From: Halomonadaceae bacterium
GTDB taxonomy: Bacteria; Pseudomonadota; Gammaproteobacteria; Pseudomonadales; Oleiphilaceae
NCBI GenBank assembly: GCA_007692645.1
Contig: REBR01000267.1
Location: 2,120 to 66,119 of the forward strand
Length of the DNA stretch: 64,000 bases
Direction: 5' to 3'
Shown piece by piece: positions 11,401 through 19,663 of the stretch. Each line of letters opens with the position of its first letter. Positions within the stretch are counted from its first letter, which is position 1. The notes under the pieces are model-generated. The model was given only the letters and a program-made list of their open reading frames with translations. It did not search any database and was not told the origin of the DNA. Both the position numbers and the translations under genes were made by a program.

Positions 11401-11635
11401 TAACCGTAACCAGATTGGCGCAGTGGTCGGGGTGCAACCCTTTGGTGGTCAGGGCCTGTCAGGTACTGGCCCAAAAGCCGGCGGCCCCCATTACCTACTA
11501 CGGTTTGCCACAGAGCGTACTCGCACTAATAACACCACTGCCGTGGGGGGCAATGCCACCCTGTTGTCACTGGGGGTAGAAACCCTCTCAGTAGATGGCC
11601 AGCCCACCACCTCCAGGAATTCAGCAGGAGGCTGA
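8405..11635 (+). CDS. putA: bifunctional proline dehydrogenase / 1-pyrroline-5-carboxylate dehydrogenase
   Basis: 1076-aa ORF with a PRODH barrel region (RLVKGAYWD, FASHNAH) and an ALDH domain (ISPWNFP, ETGGQNAMIVD, GQRCSA). No N-terminal ribbon-helix-helix segment is evident. Confidence 0.95.
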   Translation: MFDASRVLNSSFNDEPRDQLWQGIINNHFVDETAYLESLMSLATPDSSHRKAIEEQASAIIRDVRDQDESVHMVDALLQEYSLDTEEGVLLMCLAEALMRIPDSHTADALIKDKMGDADWKKHMGRSESVLVNASTWGMLLTGKVVKLDSPLDGQPRSIWKRLINRAGEPVIRKAMYQAMGIMGRQFVLGRDIDEALDNGRESRDKGYSYSFDMLGEAALTQEDADKYFDHYWKAIEAVGNNRYPRGKVPVPSVSIKLSALHFRYHRSHQERVHGELVPTVRRLVKHARGLGVPLTVDAEEMDRLELSLEVFAAVYQSEEAQGWGEFGLAVQGYSKLALPVLSWLNALSREQGDLIPVRLVKGAYWDTEIKHCQQLGTRAYPVFTRKEGTDLSYLACARYLLSPGVQGNIYPQFASHNAHTVASVLHYARQEPTAVFEFQRLHGMGDALYGAVMKDKGIPVRIYAPVGAHKDLLPYLVRRLLENGANSSFVHRVVDAETPIEDLVQHPVTVLKSYASYHDPRIPLPQDIYGKHRRNSKGQNLMVLSDLEPLVAAINRWSGHHWTGAPIINGKDRREGSPSTVANPADRDHTTGQIYWSRPEQVTEALELATAGSKLWRKTAAESRAQCLERFADLMEANHAELMALCTREAGKTLQDGIDEVREAVDFCRYYANQARDKFAQATPLPGPTGESNEIYLEGRGVFLCISPWNFPLAIFAGQIMAALAAGNAVLAKPAEQTSLVAHRAVQLMLEAGFPPEVIQLLPGDGAGIGKQLLPDARVSGVTFTGSTGTAHVINRALAAREGAIVPLIAETGGQNAMIVDSSALPEQVVRDVLQSAFASAGQRCSALRVLYVQEDVADTIETLLVGAMKELHPGNPAELKTDVGPVIDEQARELLNRHCKNLRDSGYRLIGETPLPKGTDKGCFVAPQAFAISSINDLKQENFGPILHVVRYKARELDRVIDEINEAGYGLTLGIHSRSESTAEYIESRVRVGNTYINRNQIGAVVGVQPFGGQGLSGTGPKAGGPHYLLRFATERTRTNNTTAVGGNATLLSLGVETLSVDGQPTTSRNSAGG

Positions 11636-11740
11636 TACCCAGGCACCTGGCAAAGTGCTGTCTAGCGCCAGTACTTTGCCATTAAGCACCACCACACTAT
11701 CTCAAAAAAAGGGGTTTCAGCCCCGGAGGAGCAGTGCTTT

Positions 11741-13228
11741 ATGGAAGTCGAGAATCTAACCGTCGTTACCCTGACCTTTGTCGTGTATATCGTGGGTATG
11801 CTGGCTCTGGGTCTGGTGGCCTACATGCGTACCCAGAACCTGGCGGATTACGTCCTGGGGGGGCGTAACCTGGGGCCAATTCCTTCTGCCTTAAGTGCCG
11901 GCGCTTCAGATATGAGCGGCTGGCTGCTGCTGGGTCTGCCCGGTTATGCCTATGCGGCAGGTTTTGAAGCCATCTGGATTGCGGTGGGTCTGTTAGTAGG
12001 TACCTGGCTGAACTGGCTGGTGGTGGCCCGGCGGTTACGTAACTACAGTGCCGCTGCAAAAGACTCCCTGACCATTCCTTCGTATCTGGAAAATCGCTTC
12101 AACGACACCAGTCGTGTGCTGCGGGTCATTGCCGCGTTTTTTATTCTGCTGTTTTTCCTGTTTTATACCAGCGCGGGGCTGGTCGCCGGCGGCAAGTTGT
12201 TCGAAACTGTTTTCGAGATGCCCTATCAGTGGGCAGTGATTGTGGGTACCGTTGCTGTGGTTTCCTACACCCTGTTTGGTGGTTTTCTCGCCGTATCCTG
12301 GACTGACGTAGTGCAGGGCCTGCTGATGATGGCTGCTCTGGCACTGGTGCCGGTACTTGCCATCAGTGATGCAGGCGGCTGGAACTCTGTTACTGCTGCC
12401 ATGGGGGAAGAAAACAGCAACTTCCTGAATATGTTTACCGACGATGAAGGGAGAGCACTGGGTTTTGTAGCCATTGCCTCACTGCTGGCCTGGGGGCTGG
12501 GTTACTTTGGTCAGCCCCACATACTGGCCCGCTTCAAGGCCATCAGCAGTGAAGACAAAGTGCCTTATGCCCGGCGCATTGCCGTGAGCTGGTCCGCTAT
12601 CACCTTGCTGGGTTCATTGCTGGTGGGCTTCGCTGCCATCGGTTTCTTTGATGTAACGGTGGAAGACGGTGAAACCGTCTTTATGCTGCTGGTTAACGCC
12701 CTTTTCCACCCGGTCGTCTCCGGTATTCTGCTGGCAGCCATTCTGGCGGCCGTCATGAGCACCGCGGATTCCCAACTTCTGGTGTGCTCCTCGGCCCTGG
12801 CTGAAGACTTCTATAAAGGTTTCTTCCGCAAGGAAGCCAGCCAGTCTGAGCTGGTGATGGTTGGCCGGGTGGCAGTGGTAGTTATTGCTTTGATTGCAGC
12901 TGCGGTGGCCATGGACGACGAATCCATGGTGCTGGACCTGGTGTCCTATGCCTGGGCCGGCTTCGGTGCCGCCTTCGGTCCTGCCATTATCCTGTCCCTC
13001 TACTGGCGTCGCATGAACCGTAATGGCGCCCTGGCCGGCGTGTTGGTGGGTGGCATCACGGTGGTGCTGTGGGATATGGCCAGCGGTGGCCTGTTCGATA
13101 TCTACGAGATCCTGCCTGGCTTTATCTTCTCTGCCATTGCCATTGTGGTGGTCTCCCTGGCAACAGGGCGTCCGGAAGAAGCTATCGAACGTCAGTTTGA
13201 TAAGATGGATCCGAACCACGACAGCTAA
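11741..13228 (+). CDS. putP: sodium/proline symporter (SSS family)
   Basis: 495-aa polytopic ORF immediately after putA, with SSS-type motifs (GGRNLGP, SAGASDMSGWLLLGLPG). Confidence 0.93.
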   Translation: MEVENLTVVTLTFVVYIVGMLALGLVAYMRTQNLADYVLGGRNLGPIPSALSAGASDMSGWLLLGLPGYAYAAGFEAIWIAVGLLVGTWLNWLVVARRLRNYSAAAKDSLTIPSYLENRFNDTSRVLRVIAAFFILLFFLFYTSAGLVAGGKLFETVFEMPYQWAVIVGTVAVVSYTLFGGFLAVSWTDVVQGLLMMAALALVPVLAISDAGGWNSVTAAMGEENSNFLNMFTDDEGRALGFVAIASLLAWGLGYFGQPHILARFKAISSEDKVPYARRIAVSWSAITLLGSLLVGFAAIGFFDVTVEDGETVFMLLVNALFHPVVSGILLAAILAAVMSTADSQLLVCSSALAEDFYKGFFRKEASQSELVMVGRVAVVVIALIAAAVAMDDESMVLDLVSYAWAGFGAAFGPAIILSLYWRRMNRNGALAGVLVGGITVVLWDMASGGLFDIYEILPGFIFSAIAIVVVSLATGRPEEAIERQFDKMDPNHDS

Positions 13229-13243
13229 GTAAGCCCGGCTGTT

Positions 13244-13277
13244 AAACCCCGCCTGGCTTGCCGGTGCGGGGTTTTTT
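13244..13277 (+). terminator. rho-independent terminator after putP
   Basis: Stem AACCCCGC / GCGGGGTT followed by a T6 run. Confidence 0.7.
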
Positions 13278-13533
13278 ATAGGCCTCATGTAGCCAAGGAC
13301 TGACTGAGCCTGCACATTGTTATCTATTCTGAGGATAAAGGCTTTTCAGGGTAACCCTGGTATCCGGTAAAATCGATATACTTGTTTAGCTAGTACCTGA
13401 TCTGGGTATAAGGCGTAATCAACTGCTGAGAGCGCCACCTTCGGCCCGAAAAACCCATTTTTTACCGTTACATTGATGAAAATCTTAGGAGAACTCAGGG
13501 ATCTGAGTTCAAAAACACCTTTAAGGATGCCCC

Positions 13534-14841
13534 ATGTCTTTGTCGTTTGAACTGCAACGTGTCGTTTCCACTCTTTTCAGTTTCCTGGCCCACCTGGTTG
13601 CCCGAGTGTTTGTCCGGCAATCAGGGGAATTGCATGCATTCATCCTGCCCCCTACCGGTGCAGGTAGTGCTGGGGATCAGGCTATGGTTCAGGCGACCGC
13701 GCAGACCTTGTCTGACCGGGGGTTTACCCGAATAGATGTAGTGAGGTATTCACCTGAGGATAATTGGGGGGCCGCTGAAAGATTGTTTACTTCATCTGTT
13801 ACTTGGCCCAGAAAAAGCCCGTTTTCCTGGGTGAGTTTTGCCCTGAAGGTGGCCAGGGGAAGTCATTTCCTGACATTGGGCGCGGATGTACTAGATGGTA
13901 AATACGGTTATATCAAACCCTGGAGAATGCTTGAGGTGTCGTCACTGGCTGCACGACTGGGATTAGACACCCGGATATGTGGCTTTAGTCTCAATAGCAG
14001 CCCGCACCCACAGATGATTCGGGCCTTTAACCGCTTAAGTAAGAAGGTTGTCTGTTATCAATGGGACCCGGTATCGGCGCAGCGCTTTCGGGATTTGACC
14101 GCCAGACAGGGTGTTGAGGTGGCTGATCTGGCCTTTTTGTTATCCCCGGAAAATTCCCCGTTTGTGGCTGAGGTCGGAGAGTGGATAGACGCCAGACGCC
14201 GCCTTGGGGATAAAGTGATGGGGCTTAATCTGAATTATTTACCCTTTGCTGCAATGAAGCTGCAAACAGAGTCTGTTCTGCGTCAGATTACAGAAAATGT
14301 AGGGGTATTGCTCCACAGTGAAGATAACCTATCCCTGGTTTTTGTCCCTCATGACTCAAGGGAAGAGCGTAACGACGTCTGGTTTGCCGGGGAAATTTAC
14401 CAGCGTCTGGATGGTGCGCTAAAACCCCGTTGTCGGCTGATTGAACGGGTGCCAGAGGCTTCTGAAATCAAGGGGGTGGCTTCAATGCTTGATTTTGCCA
14501 TTACCGGCCGTATGCACTTCCTTATTGCACTGATGGGTTCAGGGGTGCCGGGTCTTGGGGTGACATACCAGGGGAAATTCCAGGGTTTGTACCAGCTTTT
14601 TGACATTAAAGGGCTTGGTATAACTCCAAACGAATTTTTGCAACAGGAGCCGTTTCTGGTCAGTGCGAGGAATCTGATTGCTCATTGTGACGACATCCAG
14701 TCACGGCTATCCCGGCAATTGGATGCGGTAAAAAAGCTGTCCATGAGTCAGCTGCCAGTTACGAGTAATCCGAGGACTGGATGCGCTAAAAAAACTGTCC
14801 CTGAGTCAGCTGCCGATAACATCCCTCCAGTGACGGTATAA
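13534..14841 (+). CDS. polysaccharide pyruvyl-transferase-like protein
   Basis: 435-aa ORF with an AAGGA RBS. It has GAGSAGDQAM near the N-terminus and GRMHFLIALMGSGVPGLGVTYQGKF, which resemble the WcaK/CsaB pyruvyl-transferase signatures. GC is visibly lower than in the neighbours. The family call is from recalled motifs only. Confidence 0.6.
   Translation: MSLSFELQRVVSTLFSFLAHLVARVFVRQSGELHAFILPPTGAGSAGDQAMVQATAQTLSDRGFTRIDVVRYSPEDNWGAAERLFTSSVTWPRKSPFSWVSFALKVARGSHFLTLGADVLDGKYGYIKPWRMLEVSSLAARLGLDTRICGFSLNSSPHPQMIRAFNRLSKKVVCYQWDPVSAQRFRDLTARQGVEVADLAFLLSPENSPFVAEVGEWIDARRRLGDKVMGLNLNYLPFAAMKLQTESVLRQITENVGVLLHSEDNLSLVFVPHDSREERNDVWFAGEIYQRLDGALKPRCRLIERVPEASEIKGVASMLDFAITGRMHFLIALMGSGVPGLGVTYQGKFQGLYQLFDIKGLGITPNEFLQQEPFLVSARNLIAHCDDIQSRLSRQLDAVKKLSMSQLPVTSNPRTGCAKKTVPESAADNIPPVTV
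14720..14814. repeat. imperfect 37-bp direct repeat, period 58 bp
   Basis: TGGATGCGGTAAAAAAGCTGTCCATGAGTCAGCTGCC (14720-14756) versus TGGATGCGCTAAAAAAACTGTCCCTGAGTCAGCTGCC (14778-14814). 34 of 37 positions are identical by hand alignment. Confidence 0.85.
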
Positions 14842-15897
14842 GGCGGTTTCGCCAAACAGGTTTTCCAGTTCCTCTTTGGCGGGGGGAGCTTGGTTTTCTG
14901 GGGAAAAGCGACTGCTTTCCACGGCTTTGACTAAATCCGCAATGCCGGATTGGATGTTTATCCAATTCTGGAGACCCTTGTCACTAAGCGCTCTGGCGAA
15001 CGCTGATTCTGTGACAAATAACCGGGTACCACAGGAGAGTGCAAAGAACAGGCTCCCGCTGACGATCATACTTGACTGGTCATTGGCAATGATCACCCCT
15101 GCTGCCCGGCGTACCCGTTCAGCCAGATAGCTTTCATCATGAAAGTCGTCCTCAATGATGACATTCTTACCTTCAGAAGCCGTCTTCAGGCTTTGCAGAT
15201 AACGATTGTCAGTGCAGGGGCCCATGATGGTCAGCTTAGAGGGCAGGGACCATTCAGCGATGACCTCATGGATCCTCTTATAGGGCTCGATTCTTCCAAT
15301 CATTAAGTATTCAGATCCAGGTGCTGGTGCCGTCTGACGTTGCTTCATCACCGTGGTGGAGCTGTATTTAGGCTCATCCAGGGCATAGAGCGGGTGGGGG
15401 ACGTAGTAATAGCCCGGTTTTTGCGCTTCTGCAGGGGAGTGAACCACTACCGCATCCGCCAGTTTTTCACCCCAGGCGATCAACCGAGAGACGCGCAGGA
15501 TATCTTGCCCACGAAGGTTGTGAGGGTGGTGATTGTGTCTTACATAAAACAGTTTTCTGGCTGAGGCGCGATGCAGCAGCATCGAGGCAATATATTCGAA
15601 CACCCCCCGTAACGTCAGGCGATCAGCTGTTGTCAGGCAGTTTTCCCGCCAGTTAACAATAAGAATATCGTACAGCTTTATCTGGGGCCTGAAAAAAACA
15701 TTCCTCAGTAGTGCTCCCAGCAATGCTGCGGGGGCAGGCACAGGAGCTACGGTTCCCAGTTGCGACAGAATCTTGCGGTTCTGGCTGATGTAACTGTTAG
15801 CTTTCAGATCATGGGGCAGGAGGCCGATAATAGGCGCTGATTTTATTCCCGCTGATTGTATGTCAATGGTCATTGTCTCGTCCGTGAGATTGTTCAA
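14806..15897 (-). CDS. glycosyltransferase-like protein (GT-B/GT4-like)
   Basis: 363-aa ORF. YLMIGRIEPYKRIHEVI resembles the GRL..KG...LI motif of GT4 enzymes. It has lower GC. The 3-prime end overlaps the convergent gene by 36 bp. The start is either TTG at 15897 or ATG at 15873. Confidence 0.5.
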   Translation of the reverse strand: MNNLTDETMTIDIQSAGIKSAPIIGLLPHDLKANSYISQNRKILSQLGTVAPVPAPAALLGALLRNVFFRPQIKLYDILIVNWRENCLTTADRLTLRGVFEYIASMLLHRASARKLFYVRHNHHPHNLRGQDILRVSRLIAWGEKLADAVVVHSPAEAQKPGYYYVPHPLYALDEPKYSSTTVMKQRQTAPAPGSEYLMIGRIEPYKRIHEVIAEWSLPSKLTIMGPCTDNRYLQSLKTASEGKNVIIEDDFHDESYLAERVRRAAGVIIANDQSSMIVSGSLFFALSCGTRLFVTESAFARALSDKGLQNWINIQSGIADLVKAVESSRFSPENQAPPAKEELENLFGETALYRHWRDVIGS

Positions 15898-16000
15898 TTG
15901 AATATTGTTACTAAGTATAAGAATACGATTATCCCGTGCTTAGTCAAAGCCCGCGGTGAAGGATGTGGCCTGTATTGCACGAAATGGCGATTTCTCAGGC

Positions 16001-16035
16001 TATAAAACAACGCCGCCCAGGTAGCTGGCGGCGTT
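16001..16035 (-). terminator. rho-independent terminator ending the MCP-porin-PBP operon
   Basis: Stem AACGCCGCC / GGCGGCGTT. On the minus strand it is followed by GTTTTATA. Confidence 0.6.
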
Positions 16036-16074
16036 ATCTGTTTCTGGTTAAGTGCTTGGCCGGGCAAGAGCCGA

Positions 16075-16470
16075 TTAAGGTGTCAGGATCACAGTGACAG
16101 AGTCATCCACATCATCTGCCATCAGGTAGCCGATGGCCGAAGGATCATTGGCAACAGCAGACTTCATGGCGCTGGCGGAGCTGACTTCCTCAGGAGGCTC
16201 ACCTTCACCGGTAAACATCTGTTGGGCCCAGAATGACCGCAGCTGTGCTTCAGTCCGCCCGGTAACCGAGCTGTGGAAGGCGGCGCGCTCATCTGTGCCT
16301 TGCACCATTTCGATGGGGGTGGCGGAACGGTTACGGTTCAGGTAAATGTTGCGAACCTCGTTTTCTGACAGGCCTGACACACCGCTCGGGTGGGCGATAA
16401 TCACAATGTCCGCTGCAGCCAGGGGAGATATCACCAATGCAGCCAGGGCAAGAATTCTAAACAGTTTCAT
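16075..16470 (-). CDS. secreted half-size PstS-fold (type 2 periplasmic-binding-fold) protein
   Basis: 131 aa with a signal peptide (MKLFRILALAALVISPLAAA). The motifs LSENEVRNIYLNR and NDPSAIGYL match those of PstS-family binding proteins (compare GNPGAIGYV in the PstS paralogue at 39533), at less than half their length. Confidence 0.65.
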   Translation of the reverse strand: MKLFRILALAALVISPLAAADIVIIAHPSGVSGLSENEVRNIYLNRNRSATPIEMVQGTDERAAFHSSVTGRTEAQLRSFWAQQMFTGEGEPPEEVSSASAMKSAVANDPSAIGYLMADDVDDSVTVILTP

Positions 16471-16481
16471 AGCAAGTCTCC

Positions 16482-17666
16482 TTAAAACGCCGCATCGAGT
16501 GTGAGGGTGTAAACGTTGGTATGGCTGAAGCGAACGTTACCGGTCGCATCCCGGTTATTGTCCAGCCCGCCGTCGGTCTGACCAAAGGAGCGGGAATGGG
16601 TCCAGTCAGCTTTTACCGCAATGCCAGGCATGATGTCGTAACGCACACCGAGGCTATAATCTTCGCGCTTCACGTTGAGAAATGATTGTTGTAACCCGGA
16701 CTCCAGCACCTGGCCATCGCGGTTTGAATCATCCTGGGTCTCAATCCATGCTGCCGTCACATAAGGCATGATATTGCCCAAGCGATAACCACCGGTAATA
16801 TAGGCAGAGTCCTGATCGGCGAAAATTCCCTGCACTTTTCGGCGGGTGGCTTCAGAAATCAGCAAAATGTTACCTTCGCTGTATTCCAGGCCCAGGCCAT
16901 AGAATTCCCCTTCGTAATCATCATTAAGGCTGATGAAGTCAAAGCTCGCGTCGGCACGTGCTGCGACGCCTCGAAGGGTCCAGGTGTAATCGGTCCACGT
17001 CATCACGCCACCGACCAGGTTTCTAAGTTCGATACGCGTGATGGCACCGGCAACGTCAACATCATTGCTGCTATGGCCACTGAAAACCTGAGTTCGCATA
17101 GTGCCGTCGCCCAGCTGGTAGCTGTACGTCGCATCTGCCCCGGTATAGTTGCTCAGTCTGATCTGGTCATACACGACCAGTGGCGAGCGCGCCCAGGGTT
17201 GGGCATAACCCAGTTCCAGGGCATCTGAATACATAAAAAACGGTAAGCGCATCTGTCCTGCACGAAGCCGCACACCATTGTCCAGATTGTGGGTCAGGTA
17301 GCCCCATTCCAGTTGGGTTTCAAACTCGTTGCGGCCATCATCCTGGCCCCGGGCAACCAGCTGTACCGTAGCATTTGTTGCATCGCTGATATCAAACCGA
17401 CCCTGAATGGCAAAAAGGGTCAGGGACTGGGCTTCGGATGTTTCAGTAATCCCATCATATCCAGCATCGTTACTGGCCCGGGCAATCCCGGTGCTCATAA
17501 AGCCGTTGAAGCGGACCCTGTCCTGGCCGGCTGCGCGGACATCTTGTTGCATGGAATCCACGCGTGCTTCCAGCTGCTTTATGCGGGCATCGTCAGCCTG
17601 GACGGTTGCGGCGACCGCCAGCAGGCACAGAACCAGAGGGGATTTGCGCATGATCGACTTTTTCAT
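16482..17666 (-). CDS. outer-membrane porin with N-terminal periplasmic coiled coil (DcaP-like architecture)
   Basis: 394 aa with a signal peptide (AVAATVQA/DD) and a heptad-like segment (ARIKQLEARVDSMQQDV). The body has alternating beta-strand character and ends in a C-terminal Phe (TLDAAF). It lies 11 bp upstream of the small PBP gene. Confidence 0.7.
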   Translation of the reverse strand: MKKSIMRKSPLVLCLLAVAATVQADDARIKQLEARVDSMQQDVRAAGQDRVRFNGFMSTGIARASNDAGYDGITETSEAQSLTLFAIQGRFDISDATNATVQLVARGQDDGRNEFETQLEWGYLTHNLDNGVRLRAGQMRLPFFMYSDALELGYAQPWARSPLVVYDQIRLSNYTGADATYSYQLGDGTMRTQVFSGHSSNDVDVAGAITRIELRNLVGGVMTWTDYTWTLRGVAARADASFDFISLNDDYEGEFYGLGLEYSEGNILLISEATRRKVQGIFADQDSAYITGGYRLGNIMPYVTAAWIETQDDSNRDGQVLESGLQQSFLNVKREDYSLGVRYDIMPGIAVKADWTHSRSFGQTDGGLDNNRDATGNVRFSHTNVYTLTLDAAF

Positions 17667-17731
17667 GGTACTACTTACTCCATTGAGGTTTTGAAGGTTG
17701 CCTTAACGTCAGAATGAGGCAGGCTGGGTGA

Positions 17732-19345
17732 TTACACCCGGAATTGAGAAGAGACTTTATGCAGGCGGCTGCTGATGTCGTGGCTGTCACGGCTGAAACG
17801 GTCCAGCTCGTGTGTGCTCTCGGTCACCAGCTTGGCCACTTCATGGATTTCACTGAAGTGCCCGACTACGCCGGTAAAGGTCATGCTTTGTTCATGAGTG
17901 GCTGCAGCAATCTGCTCGTTGATGCTGCTGATGTTCTCCACGTTGGTGAGGATGCGCTCAAGCATCTCGCCAGATTCCTTGGTGGAGTTCAGTCCGCTAT
18001 GGGCTTTCTGAACGCTGGCCTCCATTGCCTTTACGGATGAGGCGGACAGTCGCGAGAGTTCATCAATCACAGTTTCTATTTCTTCAGCAGATTTCTTGGT
18101 GCGCACTGCCAGGCCGCGCACTTCATCCGCAACAACCGCAAAACCACGGCCATGTTCACCGGCCCGGGCAGCTTCAATGGCTGCGTTCAAGGCAAGCAGG
18201 TTGGTCTGTTCGGTGACCGCTTTAATGGTATCCAGCAGGCCGGCAACCCGTGCGGAATGGGTTTCGAATTCATTGACCAGTCTGGCGGTCTGTTCGATCT
18301 CACCGGTCAGATCTTCAATAGTGCCGATATTGGAAGTGACATGGTCTTTGCCCTGACTGGCAAAGCGTGCTGCGTCCTGGGTTTGATCGGAGGCGTCGGT
18401 GGCAAAGCCGGCTACTTCTTCCACGCTCTTTACCAACTCGTCCACGGAGTGCCGGGCTGCCGCTATTGCGGTTGACTGGTCATTGATGCGGTCGAGATTA
18501 CTGCGGCTGGCATCGGACAGTTTTACCGACACCTCCTGCAATCCATGCACATCGTGAATAATGGTGCCAAATGACTCATGGAGCTTCGCCACAAAAGCAT
18601 TAAAGTGGGTCACCAGATCGTTCAGTTCATCTTTGCCGGTGTATTCAATCCGTGAGGTAAGATCTCCTTCCCCGTGGGCCATGTCCCGTAGCGATCGGGT
18701 AACCCGGTTGAGGCTTCTGGTAATCGATCCGCCGATTAGCAGGCTCAGACCAATCAGTACGATGATGGCTATCACCATGATGATGACGTTGACCCTGCTG
18801 CTTTGGTCGGTCAGTGCAATGGTGTCAGCGATGGAGCGGGTGAAATTTTCCCGGGTCTCATCCCGCAACTGGGTCATGCTCTTGGTGAGTGCGTTTAACC
18901 GCTCAGCATTGGCAGATGCGTCAGCGCCGAGGCGCCGGAAATCACCATCGCCATCAATGAACGCGGTAGCGATACGCACAGCATTGTTGTAGTAGGTGCT
19001 GAGGTCCCGTTCCAGATCATTCAGGCGACTGCCCATAGCCGGGGACAGGGTTCGCAGCTCATCAATATTGGCGCTGATTACCCGGTGATATTCGGCGGTA
19101 TCCGCCAGCTGATTATCGTCCCCTGTTGTCACAGCGCTGTTGATCTGGGCTTCCATGAGTTCAAGCTGACCAAGATTAATGGTGGTCCGCTCCAGCGTAG
19201 GGTAGAGCTGCTGATCGACTTCCTGAAGGCGCTCGGCATTTTGCGAATGGGTCACCAGTGCAAATCCCAGAGTTACCACAAAAGTAAAAACCGCTGTGGC
19301 GACCAGCAAGGCGAGTTTATGGGAAATCTTCAGTCGGGAGAGCAT
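17732..19345 (-). CDS. methyl-accepting chemotaxis protein
   Basis: 537 aa with two TM segments flanking a helical periplasmic domain of about 170 aa, then a HAMP domain. The highly conserved signalling hairpin reads [32 protein letters not shown]. Confidence 0.93.
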   Translation of the reverse strand: MLSRLKISHKLALLVATAVFTFVVTLGFALVTHSQNAERLQEVDQQLYPTLERTTINLGQLELMEAQINSAVTTGDDNQLADTAEYHRVISANIDELRTLSPAMGSRLNDLERDLSTYYNNAVRIATAFIDGDGDFRRLGADASANAERLNALTKSMTQLRDETRENFTRSIADTIALTDQSSRVNVIIMVIAIIVLIGLSLLIGGSITRSLNRVTRSLRDMAHGEGDLTSRIEYTGKDELNDLVTHFNAFVAKLHESFGTIIHDVHGLQEVSVKLSDASRSNLDRINDQSTAIAAARHSVDELVKSVEEVAGFATDASDQTQDAARFASQGKDHVTSNIGTIEDLTGEIEQTARLVNEFETHSARVAGLLDTIKAVTEQTNLLALNAAIEAARAGEHGRGFAVVADEVRGLAVRTKKSAEEIETVIDELSRLSASSVKAMEASVQKAHSGLNSTKESGEMLERILTNVENISSINEQIAAATHEQSMTFTGVVGHFSEIHEVAKLVTESTHELDRFSRDSHDISSRLHKVSSQFRV

Positions 19346-19582
19346 GGGGTTTTATCCGCTTATGGGTGCTAGTGGACGGCATAGTTATTACTTACCCGCA
19401 ATATCTCAACCACCGGGTGTTACTTAAGGTAACGCGAGGGTCAGTTTGGCTGGATTCTGTGACTGCTTCAGGTAGGTATGTCTTTGAAAAGATAGGTTTT
19501 GCAAGAATTCCTGCTGGTTTCAGGCAGTTACAAATTAGCTGGAGTAGTAAAGTGGTTTTTCCTGCATTTTGGGTGGATCAAT

Positions 19583-19617
19583 AAAAACGCCGCCTGGCAT
19601 AACCAGGCGGCGTTTTT
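19583..19617. terminator. bidirectional terminator downstream of acnB
   Basis: Perfect hairpin AAAAACGCCGCCTGG-CATAA-CCAGGCGGCGTTTTT with A/T runs on both sides. A second hairpin, GCCGGGCA-GGGGG-TGCCCGGC, lies at 19621-19641. Confidence 0.75.
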
Positions 19618-19663
19618 ATTGCCGGGCAGGGGGTGCCCGGCTTTTTGCGACTTCGTCAGAGGA

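Noticed and set aside
13473-13486. TTGATGAAAATCTT upstream of the pyruvyl-transferase-like gene, as a second FNR/FixK box.
   Set aside because: Only 8 of 10 defined positions match and the right half-site is poor (ATCTT). The region is AT-rich, so chance matches are likely. It is worth scoring with a matrix, but I am not calling it.
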